DNA of 64,000 bases from a virus, in the IMG/VR virus record IMGVR_UViG_3300043427_001127, positions 107,626 through 171,625 of that record. The stretch is one strand, 5' to 3'. The notes under the pieces are model-generated. The model was given only the letters and a program-made list of their open reading frames with translations, made no database searches and was not told the origin of the DNA. Each line of letters starts with the position of its first letter. Positions within the stretch are counted from its first letter, which is position 1. The translations under genes and the position numbers were made by a program. Below are positions 24,100 to 33,117 of the stretch, in pieces.

Positions 24100-24969
24100 T
24101 TATCTTACCGTTCCATCTGTAAACTCTTCACTGAAGCATAGTTTCAGTTCAGTTAAGGAAACTGTTAAAGTTATTCCTAAAGGATGTCCATCAGTATATG
24201 AAACATATTGACCATCTGTAATATAACCAACGGAAACTGACGTAATGCCAGATGGTTTATATTTTGGTAGATGTGGATTTTCTGATCCGCCACTATAGAA
24301 TCTTACCTCACATATATCTGGGATTCCAATAAAGTTTCTGGTTGCTCCCCCAAACACACTGTTTTTACTTTTGGGAGCACAAGATGCTTTAAATATTTTT
24401 GCAATATTCATTAATGTTTTTGCTTCTGTGTCATCTTGAGCGATTAGTTTGAAAGTATATCCATGTGTTCTTAATCCTGTTCCGCCATATAACAACTCTG
24501 TATTTGGATTGATAATATTTCCTGTCGTTAGTTGTAATATATCATTTGTTTGTAAGTTTGCTCCCATACCTGGAGCTTCTGAAAACTTAGTTGATATTGC
24601 TGTTAACGCATCAGCAGCTAGTCCTCCAGCTGCTGCTTTTATTGTGTCTACCTTAAACGCATTTGCGATTGCTGTTGATGTCCCTTTTACGTCACCTGTT
24701 ATCGCCTGACCGATTACTGCTCCTGCTGTTTGGAGAGCTACTTGTGCCAATCCTGTGACATCTTTTCCTCCCCAGTTTCCTCCAACATTACTCCCTATAT
24801 CATTAGGCATAGGCAACCAAACACTATTCTCTTCAGTAAATGTTACTCCAGGATTGTAACCAGCTCCACCAGGATCTGATTGAATGTAAGCTCCTTCGTA
24901 TTTGCCAAAACTAAATCGAATATAATCACGAGCTGATGATACTTGTGATGGATACTTATATGTTGCCAT
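24100..24969 (-). CDS. gp48: Baseplate tail-tube cap gp48
   Basis: YP, LPMPN, NPN.ELLY.G..LR.H.YTF motifs; position. Confidence 0.85.
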   Translation of the reverse strand: MATYKYPSQVSSARDYIRFSFGKYEGAYIQSDPGGAGYNPGVTFTEENSVWLPMPNDIGSNVGGNWGGKDVTGLAQVALQTAGAVIGQAITGDVKGTSTAIANAFKVDTIKAAAGGLAADALTAISTKFSEAPGMGANLQTNDILQLTTGNIINPNTELLYGGTGLRTHGYTFKLIAQDDTEAKTLMNIAKIFKASCAPKSKNSVFGGATRNFIGIPDICEVRFYSGGSENPHLPKYKPSGITSVSVGYITDGQYVSYTDGHPLGITLTVSLTELKLCFSEEFTDGTVR

Positions 24970-25649
24970 TAGTTTCTTACTACCTCGATGTCTTCTGGAT
25001 TACCATAACCTTTAATGATTCTTTTTGCTTTAATCCTATCATTATAGTTTTCGTTTGTTTCTTTCCATACATCAGATGATTTATACGGAACTAAAACATT
25101 ACCACGTTCTTTAACAAAGTGCTCCACAGGCAATGTGATAGCAGTATCCCACTCGTCAATAGCAAGATCTAATAAGAATCCATCTACATGGTCTAAAATA
25201 TATTTATGAAGACATGAGCGAGGTAAATCTATTCTATCTTGCTTTAGTTTTTCTATTGCAATCACTCTTTTTCTTGGTTCTAAGTAGTGTAGATTAAACC
25301 CAACAAAATGATCTGCATTTGCTTTGATCACATATACTAAAGGAAAGGTGTCGTAGTAAGGTAGATACTTCATCTTTGCTTTGTATTCAAACAGAAATAA
25401 TCTACCTTGTCTGGCATATCTTCTTAGTTGATTTTCGTCTTTTTTATCTTCATCATCCGTCCTATCTCTACGCTCATCACGTATTGTTTTTTCTGGATTT
25501 TGTTTATATTCTAATGCCATGGTGCGAACAGTCTTTCTGTACCACTGCCAAGTCTGTTCTTCGCCACCTGTCTTTTCTTTTACTCTTTCAAACAGAGTGT
25601 TGTAACCTTTTTTTGTTTTTTTCTCTTCTTTTTTGAATCCTTTTGCCAT
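24969..25649 (-). CDS. gp2: DNA end protector gp2
   Basis: Y.AK...LPYYD.FPLV, GFNLHYL. Confidence 0.88.
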   Translation of the reverse strand: MAKGFKKEEKKTKKGYNTLFERVKEKTGGEEQTWQWYRKTVRTMALEYKQNPEKTIRDERRDRTDDEDKKDENQLRRYARQGRLFLFEYKAKMKYLPYYDTFPLVYVIKANADHFVGFNLHYLEPRKRVIAIEKLKQDRIDLPRSCLHKYILDHVDGFLLDLAIDEWDTAITLPVEHFVKERGNVLVPYKSSDVWKETNENYNDRIKAKRIIKGYGNPEDIEVVRN

Positions 25650-25652
25650 AGA

Positions 25653-26087
25653 TTATATCCCCAAGTGATCTTCGGTGAGAATAAGGAACTGCATCTGTCT
25701 ATCCTCACACCAGTCACTTGCGGCTTCCCATTTCGCTTGGTTCTTTAGAAACGTCAGGACTTTATCTTTGTATACTTTAGTTTGTTTCTTTGATGGGGGT
25801 GGAGGAGTTGTTTGATTCTTTGGTTTGATTTCAATGAGATATTTTTTGATTTCATTTGTTTTAGTACGAACTTTAATATAGAAGTCAACATAATAACGAT
25901 GCACCCTACCATCCAGAGGAGACCGATAAGGTATCACAACTTCTTCACTGCCCCACTCAATGACATTCTGATTTCTGTCACAGAACATCATAAACTTTCT
26001 TTCCCATAACGAGCGGTAGATGATATTTGATGGGTTGCCTCTGTATTTTTTAGGATTAGTTGGTTTAAAGAATCCAGAGTATGCCAT
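25653..26087 (-). CDS. gp4: Head completion nuclease gp4
   Basis: P.NPKKY.G, YRSLWERKFM, HRYYVDF, EIKP, N.AKW.AA. Confidence 0.93.
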   Translation of the reverse strand: MAYSGFFKPTNPKKYRGNPSNIIYRSLWERKFMMFCDRNQNVIEWGSEEVVIPYRSPLDGRVHRYYVDFYIKVRTKTNEIKKYLIEIKPKNQTTPPPPSKKQTKVYKDKVLTFLKNQAKWEAASDWCEDRQMQFLILTEDHLGI

Positions 26088-26090
26088 AAA

Positions 26091-26119
26091 TATAAATACA
26101 TCTTCCCCAAGTATTTATA
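26091..26119. promoter_or_regulatory. Face-to-face late promoters for gp4 (minus) and tail-tube gene (plus)
   Basis: TATAAATA at 26091-26098 (+) and at 26112-26119 (-). Confidence 0.8.
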
Positions 26120-26120
26120 G

Positions 26121-26750
26121 ATGGCAACAACAGGAATCAACTCATTACTTGCCATGATTTCAGATGGCAAAGGTATGGCTACTAGCAATAACTTTGCTGT
26201 TACTATAGATTTTTCTGGTGCTTCTGTTAGTTCTGTGGTTGGGTCAAAATGGTCTTATGATGGTACTGCTTCTGCGGATGAAACGAGAATGATGATTTTT
26301 TGTGATGAAGTAGCTCTTCCTGGATATCAACTTGCCACAGGATCTGTAACAAGATATAGTGGTGACGCTCCTGTTTATTATCCTACTGCTCCAATCTACA
26401 ATGATATCCAGTTGTCGTTCATGTGTGATGCTAAAATGACACCAATGCATAAGTTACATCAGTGGATGGAATATATTTTTGAAGACAATGGAACTAATGG
26501 AAATGAAACTGGAAGGAGAGTTAGATATCCAAAAGATTATCAGGCAAAAATAATCATAAAAAAGACTGAGAGATCTAGAGATAGTGATAACGGTGCTATA
26601 TCTTCTGTATTTACTTTATATAATGCGTGGCCTTACACCATAGATGCTGTTCCTTTGTCCTATGGGTCATCGCAGTTAGTAAAAGTGAATGCAAACTTTT
26701 ACTATAAAAAGTTTAAAAGAGAAACTGATACTCTTAAAAACAGAGGATAA
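26121..26750 (+). CDS. Tail tube family protein (gp19/gp54-like)
   Basis: C..V.LPG, W...I, YP.DY, L.NAWP..I..V.LSY. Confidence 0.8.
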   Translation: MATTGINSLLAMISDGKGMATSNNFAVTIDFSGASVSSVVGSKWSYDGTASADETRMMIFCDEVALPGYQLATGSVTRYSGDAPVYYPTAPIYNDIQLSFMCDAKMTPMHKLHQWMEYIFEDNGTNGNETGRRVRYPKDYQAKIIIKKTERSRDSDNGAISSVFTLYNAWPYTIDAVPLSYGSSQLVKVNANFYYKKFKRETDTLKNRG

Positions 26751-26785
26751 ATATTTTTGCGACATTATAAATTTTTGGAGTAATC

Positions 26786-27502
26786 ATGGCTTTACCAAAA
26801 CCCCCAGTGCCTACCTATGAGTTGGAACTACCATCAACAGGTAAGACTATTAAGTATAGACCATTCCTTGTAAAAGAAGAAAAGATTCTTCTTATGGCAA
26901 TGGAATCGCAAGAGGAAAAACAAATCACAGATGCTGTAGTTAATATTGTAAAGGACTGTGTTCTTACTAGAGGAATCAAAGTAACTGAACTTGCTTCTTT
27001 TGATATTGAATATTTGTTCTTAAACATTCGTGCCAAATCTGTTGGCGAAACAGTTAAGATGAAAATCACATGTGAAGATGATGGTCAGACACAAGTAGAT
27101 TATGAGTTGGATATTAATGAGGTAAAAGTTATCAAAGATTCTAAACATAATAATAAGATTATGCTTTCGGATGATTCTGGATTGATTATGAAGTATCCTG
27201 GTATGGAACAGTTTATTCAGACTCAGATTATGATGAAGAGTTTGAATGCCGAAGAAGTATTTGATATTATTATTGATTCAGTAGATCAGATTTTTGTTGG
27301 TGATGATGTTTATGAAGCAAAGACAACTTCCAAAAAAGAAATCGAAGAGTGGGTTGGTGGTATGACATCAAAACAGTTTGAGAAAGTTAAAGATTTCTTT
27401 GCAACAATGCCAAAACTATCTCACACTTTTAAAATAGTTAATCCAAACACAGAAGTTGAATCTGAATATACTATTGAGGGTCTGGTAAATTTTTTCGGGT
27501 AA
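26786..27502 (+). CDS. gp26: Baseplate hub assembly protein gp26
   Basis: LP....PTYELELPSTG..IKYRPFLVKEEKILL, FDIEYLFL.IRAKSVGE, EGL..FF. Confidence 0.93.
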   Translation: MALPKPPVPTYELELPSTGKTIKYRPFLVKEEKILLMAMESQEEKQITDAVVNIVKDCVLTRGIKVTELASFDIEYLFLNIRAKSVGETVKMKITCEDDGQTQVDYELDINEVKVIKDSKHNNKIMLSDDSGLIMKYPGMEQFIQTQIMMKSLNAEEVFDIIIDSVDQIFVGDDVYEAKTTSKKEIEEWVGGMTSKQFEKVKDFFATMPKLSHTFKIVNPNTEVESEYTIEGLVNFFG

Positions 27503-27504
27503 GC

Positions 27505-27684
27505 ATGTTCCATGAAACTCTGGTGAACCATTACCAGTCTAACTTTAACTTGATGTATCATCATAAGTTTTCATTAACTGAGTTAGAGAACATGCTTCCG
27601 TGGGAAAGAATCGTTTATGTTACTATGCTTAATGCATATATCGAAGAACAAAACGAAAAAGCAAGACAGAAAGCAATGCGATGA
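27505..27684 (+). CDS. gp51: Baseplate hub assembly catalyst gp51 (59 aa; may be made as a -1 frameshift extension of gp26)
   Basis: Manual translation: NF.LM.HHK.SLTELENMLPWER..Y. Confidence 0.85.
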   Translation: MFHETLVNHYQSNFNLMYHHKFSLTELENMLPWERIVYVTMLNAYIEEQNEKARQKAMR

Positions 27685-30362
27685 ATCCCGAAGACTTAGA
27701 TTTAGATTTGCCACAACCACCCGAGGGAGTACTAGATCCTAGTAATCCTTGGTATAGTGCTAAGGTTGGCGAAAGGACATGGATGCTTCTTAAAGCCAAG
27801 TTAACTGGCAGGAAGATGAATGATGGCACACAGTATTCATCCACTGTTAATTTAACTGAAGCAGATGCTGATAAGTTAATAGAAAATCTAAAGAAAGATC
27901 CTAGAGGATATCCTCAGTTTAATGATGGGGGTGGTGGACTTAAGTTTTATGAAAACTATGAGGCATATCAAGGGTGGTTGGTAGAAGAGTATCTTGAGAA
28001 ACCATTTCGCAAACAGGTTGACGCGAAGATAGAAGAAGCTGAGATACAAAGAGTAATAAATCAAAGAAAAGAATCAAAAGTTCAACCAATGACTCTTTTG
28101 ATTCCTTCAAAAAAGGAAGAAGACCTTTTAAAAGTACCAGAAATAAAAGAAGAACCTGTTGAGGAACCTGAAGAATCACCTCAAGAAACTATAACGGAAC
28201 AACAAATACCAGAACCTGTTGCTGAACCACAAACAGAACCTGTGTCAGCATCGATACCTCTTCCTGCCACATCGCCACCAACATTTGATCCAACTAAGGT
28301 ATTAAACATACCCGAAACTATTCCAGAAAAAGTTCCGAATGGATTAACACAAAACATAACAAAGTTATCCGAGACTTTAGATAATATCAATGCAGAACTA
28401 TCGGCACAGATTGTTCTGATAAGAAAAAGAACATCTATCTTAAAAAAAGATAATGCTGGATTAGAACTTGCCAAGTTTTTAGTTGGTCAACAAATAGAAA
28501 ACTATAGTGAGTTCTTGAATGATTTGGAGTCGCAATCTAGAGAGATAGATTTAGAGGATGGATATGATATTCCTTCTGATGCCGAATCTAAACCTCCAGT
28601 AGACAATCAAGTAGAACCAGAAGGACCACCACCAACACCCGAAAAACCACCAGAAAAACAATGGTGGGAGTTCTGGAAAGAAGATCCAAATAAATCTCCA
28701 AGAAAAGCTTCTTCTGGATTGATGTCAACTGCGATGCCAGCAATGGCAGAAGGTGGTATATCAGCTGGAACTGGACTGAATAACATCATTAAACCAGGAA
28801 TATATGATAATCCTACGGTAGGTAATCTAGCACCAGGAACCGCTATCATACCATTGAATAGAAACTATGGTAAAGATATGTTTGGTAACTATGATGAGAT
28901 TGAATACATGAATGCTTTTGGGGAAGTAATGGCTTCGTCAAGAAAAGCATTACTTGGTTCTGTTCTGACAGTTTATGGAGATATTCTCAGTAGTTTTGGA
29001 CCACTAGCAGGATTTTTTAATAAATCTTTGCCTGGTATACTTCAAGGTGCTGCAAATATTTTGGGAGCACCATTAAATCTTGTTCTTGATATGCTTGGTG
29101 GACCAGCATATGCTGGTACTGTGCCAAATGAGTTGGAAGAAAGAAAGTTTTATAAATCTTGGAAGATTTATTTTGAAGGCAATCGTCTAATATTTGAAGG
29201 TGGTGTGCAAGAAGGAAGTTCTGAAGAAAACCCAACAGGAACTGCTGAGTTTGCAAAAGATATTTTAACTATTGGTCCTGGTGGCGAGGGTCTCGGTGGC
29301 ATGGGTGGTACTAATGTGTCTAAACCACCAGCATGGATTCCATATGCTAAATCAGATTCTGGAAAACTCCATTATATTTCTGGATTTGGTTGGCGTTGGG
29401 GTAGAATGCACACTGGTATTGACTTGGCACCAGCTGGATATGCGCCATTAAAACTAATCTCTCCTTTTGACGGTAAAGTTTCTGATGTGAACAGAAACTG
29501 GCCTAAAGACGGCGGTGGTGGATATGGAAACTATGTTGAAGTAGAGCATAAAAATCCAAATGTTCATTTATTTTATGGTCACATGAAAGAAGTTTCTGAT
29601 AGTATAAACCAAGGATCTGATGTAAAAGCTGGGCAAGTTTTGGGAACTACAGGAACAACAGGTCGTTCTGAAGGAGTTCACGTACACTGGGAAGTTAGAA
29701 AAGGTAGTTGGGGGCAGCAGGTAGATCCAGTTGAATGGACTCATCAAAATAAACCAAGCTTTGCTAAAGGTGGAAGTTGGCAACTGCCATCGTTACCCAG
29801 TTTACTTCCATCACCTATTGATTTACTGAAAGGATTATTAAAGTCTAAACAATCTAAAAGAAACTATGGTGCTGATTACAAAAGGCAAGAGTTGATACTT
29901 TCGGCAAAGGCTTCTGGTGGGAGTGGACTTGCAGATATTAGAGGCAATCAAAGACCAAGACTCCAACAGTCTGGTAGCATCAGTAGACCTAAAGGTTCTG
30001 TAGTAGTAAAACAAACAGAACCAGAAGTTCCAAAGTTAGATCCAAATCTAACAGCAATACAAAACTGGACTAAACTATTTCCACAACTTGCTAGAAAAGT
30101 TAAACCAGGGCAGTCTGGATACGATGAGATTCAAAAAGTTTTATCACCACAAACTTCAACTATGCCATCAGCAACTCCAACTACAACAGCAGTTGCTACA
30201 GAATCTAAAGTTCCACCAAAACAAATGACTATGCAGATGCCATCTGCACCTTCTACCCCCACTGTTACACCATCATCTAGTGCATCTTCCGTTTCTTTTG
30301 TTCAACTTGATATGAATACTAATGATGTGAAAGAACTAGTAAAACTTCGTAGAATACAGTGA
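27681..30362 (+). CDS. Hub/tape-measure-like virion protein with M23 peptidase domain
   Basis: HTGIDLA and HVHWEVR M23 motifs, GGYGNYV; AEGG/FAKGG motifs. Confidence 0.75.
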   Translation: MNPEDLDLDLPQPPEGVLDPSNPWYSAKVGERTWMLLKAKLTGRKMNDGTQYSSTVNLTEADADKLIENLKKDPRGYPQFNDGGGGLKFYENYEAYQGWLVEEYLEKPFRKQVDAKIEEAEIQRVINQRKESKVQPMTLLIPSKKEEDLLKVPEIKEEPVEEPEESPQETITEQQIPEPVAEPQTEPVSASIPLPATSPPTFDPTKVLNIPETIPEKVPNGLTQNITKLSETLDNINAELSAQIVLIRKRTSILKKDNAGLELAKFLVGQQIENYSEFLNDLESQSREIDLEDGYDIPSDAESKPPVDNQVEPEGPPPTPEKPPEKQWWEFWKEDPNKSPRKASSGLMSTAMPAMAEGGISAGTGLNNIIKPGIYDNPTVGNLAPGTAIIPLNRNYGKDMFGNYDEIEYMNAFGEVMASSRKALLGSVLTVYGDILSSFGPLAGFFNKSLPGILQGAANILGAPLNLVLDMLGGPAYAGTVPNELEERKFYKSWKIYFEGNRLIFEGGVQEGSSEENPTGTAEFAKDILTIGPGGEGLGGMGGTNVSKPPAWIPYAKSDSGKLHYISGFGWRWGRMHTGIDLAPAGYAPLKLISPFDGKVSDVNRNWPKDGGGGYGNYVEVEHKNPNVHLFYGHMKEVSDSINQGSDVKAGQVLGTTGTTGRSEGVHVHWEVRKGSWGQQVDPVEWTHQNKPSFAKGGSWQLPSLPSLLPSPIDLLKGLLKSKQSKRNYGADYKRQELILSAKASGGSGLADIRGNQRPRLQQSGSISRPKGSVVVKQTEPEVPKLDPNLTAIQNWTKLFPQLARKVKPGQSGYDEIQKVLSPQTSTMPSATPTTTAVATESKVPPKQMTMQMPSAPSTPTVTPSSSASSVSFVQLDMNTNDVKELVKLRRIQ

Positions 30363-30432
30363 TTTCAAAAATGACCCCTAAAAACCAAATTGGTCCAAAA
30401 AAAATCTCGGCAAATTTTTGCCAAAAAAGGTT
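30361..30432. repeat. Phased A/T-tract element, copy 2
   Basis: See 23341-23412; followed by CTAAATA. Confidence 0.65.
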
Positions 30433-30463
30433 TTTCTAAATATTTCAGCTAAGTAGGTCGATT

Positions 30464-33091
30464 ATGGCAAGAACACTAACAGACTATATTTTAGAAAAAG
30501 CATCACAAAAGCGAGATGATGCGAAAAAGTCTGATAGCAAAAAATCTAAAAAAGACAAAAAATCTCAATCTGGTACTTTGGTTGAGTTTTTGCTCGACCG
30601 AAAAAATACATCAAAATCTTCAAAAACAGGTAAATCTAACAAAAAAGGGGAAACTTTAACTGAGTATATTGTATCGAAGATTACTGATAAAAAAAAGAAG
30701 GAAGAAACGAAAAAACAGCAATCTCAAACGTCTTTTGTAGAAAGTTTAAATCAATCTTTTAGAATGTTGTCTAGAAAGACCGAAGAGATGAAGTCTCTAG
30801 TAAGTCAGCAAAGAAAACTTCTAGAACAACAATCAGAAGAAGAAAACTTATTAGCAGTAAATGTTTCTATTTTAGAAGATCTTTTTGCACATAGAGCAAA
30901 GTTAGAAAAACAAGTATTTCTCTCTGTAGCACATAGATTTTCGGATTTTCCTGAAGATATACCAGAACCATCAAATAATGAAAATGACGATGAACCAGAA
31001 GAATCAGATGATAGTTCAAATGATAATGATAGTTCTTCGTCTGCTCCAGATAAACCAGACTCCCCACCGCCCAGCACGCCATCCGCTCCACCCACATCAC
31101 CAGATAAAAAAGCAGAAGGTGGTATAACTCCAGCGCAACCAACACAAAAACAATCCAAGAAATCTAAAACACAGTCTTTGGTTCCTTATGCTGATGTCAT
31201 GCAGTTAGGAATGCAGGCATCGGGAATGGCAGCTATCAACACAGTTGCTGAGTTGATGAAAAAATCTGGTGCATTAGGTGGATTTTTTGTTCCCTACATT
31301 AAATCTTTAGTCACTCCATTTGGTGTGGCAATGGGTATTGGTGAGAGTGTAATAAGCAGTTTATTGGGTGGATCCGCTAGGGCAGCAACTTTAGAAATGA
31401 ATGCAGCTCAAAAAGATTTTGGTAAAACTTGGCGTTCTTTCCTAGGCGATGAAAACTTTATTGCTAAGTTTATTGATAGAACAACTACAGGAGTAATGGA
31501 TCAACTTGATAATGTAGTTCCTCAAGAACTTACTGGAGACTTAGCGCAGAAGTCTTTACAGTTTGCAAAATACTTGATGTCCAAGCATGGACTTAAAGAT
31601 TTCCAAGCTGCTGCTATTGTTGGTGTTATGCTTCGTGAAGGATTTGGTAGTGGAAAACCTGATGTGCGAGAAGGAGGACAACGTGGAGCTCCTACTTACG
31701 ATGGCACTAGTCAAATGGGTTATGGTTGGATTCAGTGGACAAATACTCAAGGTGGTGGACCAAATGATAGACTGAACAGAGTTCTGATACATCTTGGTAT
31801 GGGACCACCACCAAAGAAAACAAGACCATGGACTGATATGGATAATATCAAGGCTATGGAATATGAATGGCAAAATCACTACACTAAAACTATTCCTGCT
31901 GTAAAAGGAACTAGTAATATAACCGATGCTGTTTATGAATTTGTTGGAAACTATACTGCAGGCAGTCACGCAAACATTTCTACTTATCAAAATAGAGAAG
32001 ATAAATCTGGCGGTGGGTTTATTGGAAGAAGAAACTCATCTGCTGCTGGAGTGCTAAAACTATTTCAGAGTGGTGATACAAAAAATGCAAAATTATTTGA
32101 AAGGGGTGGACTTGAAGGAAACAAATCTTCTTTATTAAACTCTTACATTGTAGATGGTCCTGAAAGTGGATTTTCTGCCAATATTCAAGGATTGCCAGTT
32201 ACTCTACACGGTAAAGAGATCGTTCGCGTGTTTGATGGTGGATTTGAAGTTTATCCTCTAGAAAACAGAGAATATAGCATAAAAGAGGATCCGATGGGAG
32301 TGATGCAAAGATGGTCAGAAATCGCATCTGGATTGGATGCAAAGATTTCTTCATATTTTGCTGCTGGTGGAGTTTCTGAAGGAGTTAAAGCAATCAAACA
32401 TGACGAGGCATTATCTTCGCTTTCTAGAGGAAGAAATGACTATATCGTAAATCGCGGACCTAGTGTTATTTCATCTGTACCATGGTCAAAAGTATCTGCA
32501 TCTACTCCTTTGTATGCTTATGAAACTGGAGTTTCTGGAGATAGAACTACGATTGGATGGGGTATGACATATTATGATTCTATTACTGCAGGTAGAAAAG
32601 CAGTTAAACCAGGGGATGTTATAACAAAGGCAAAAGCAGATTCTTTATTAATGGGATTAGTTAATAACTATGTGAATACATTGAAGGGGCAAAAATGGTA
32701 TCAAAAATATTGGAATAAGATGTCTGCTAAACAGCAAGGTGGATTACTTGCTTATGGTTATAATCAACCAGCACATTTACTTGGAACTGGTGCTCCCAAG
32801 ATGTATGCTGCTTTGAATAGGGGAGATATGAATGCTGTGGCAGCAAATATTGATAGAGGACTCCCAGCGAGAGAAAAAAATGAAAAAGCGTTGGTTCTTT
32901 CTGGTCCGAGAAATCTAAATACGGCAACATCATCTAAACCAGATAGACAAGTAGTTGTAAATCGTGTTGGTGGTGGAACTTCTCAACCTAGAGTATCCAC
33001 ATCTTCTCGTAGAGCAAATACATCTTCTCCTTCATTCTCTTTTGATCCTCTTAGATTTATAAGAGAGTTAACTATGCAACGCACTCGATAA
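30464..33091 (+). CDS. Hub/tape-measure-like virion protein with phage-tail-lysozyme-like and GH24-like domains
   Basis: QAAAIVGVMLRE...GYGWIQWT; IKHDE...AY...TIGWG.T. Confidence 0.7.
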   Translation: MARTLTDYILEKASQKRDDAKKSDSKKSKKDKKSQSGTLVEFLLDRKNTSKSSKTGKSNKKGETLTEYIVSKITDKKKKEETKKQQSQTSFVESLNQSFRMLSRKTEEMKSLVSQQRKLLEQQSEEENLLAVNVSILEDLFAHRAKLEKQVFLSVAHRFSDFPEDIPEPSNNENDDEPEESDDSSNDNDSSSSAPDKPDSPPPSTPSAPPTSPDKKAEGGITPAQPTQKQSKKSKTQSLVPYADVMQLGMQASGMAAINTVAELMKKSGALGGFFVPYIKSLVTPFGVAMGIGESVISSLLGGSARAATLEMNAAQKDFGKTWRSFLGDENFIAKFIDRTTTGVMDQLDNVVPQELTGDLAQKSLQFAKYLMSKHGLKDFQAAAIVGVMLREGFGSGKPDVREGGQRGAPTYDGTSQMGYGWIQWTNTQGGGPNDRLNRVLIHLGMGPPPKKTRPWTDMDNIKAMEYEWQNHYTKTIPAVKGTSNITDAVYEFVGNYTAGSHANISTYQNREDKSGGGFIGRRNSSAAGVLKLFQSGDTKNAKLFERGGLEGNKSSLLNSYIVDGPESGFSANIQGLPVTLHGKEIVRVFDGGFEVYPLENREYSIKEDPMGVMQRWSEIASGLDAKISSYFAAGGVSEGVKAIKHDEALSSLSRGRNDYIVNRGPSVISSVPWSKVSASTPLYAYETGVSGDRTTIGWGMTYYDSITAGRKAVKPGDVITKAKADSLLMGLVNNYVNTLKGQKWYQKYWNKMSAKQQGGLLAYGYNQPAHLLGTGAPKMYAALNRGDMNAVAANIDRGLPAREKNEKALVLSGPRNLNTATSSKPDRQVVVNRVGGGTSQPRVSTSSRRANTSSPSFSFDPLRFIRELTMQRTR

Positions 33092-33117
33092 ATATCAATA
33101 TAAAGTAGGGTCGATAA

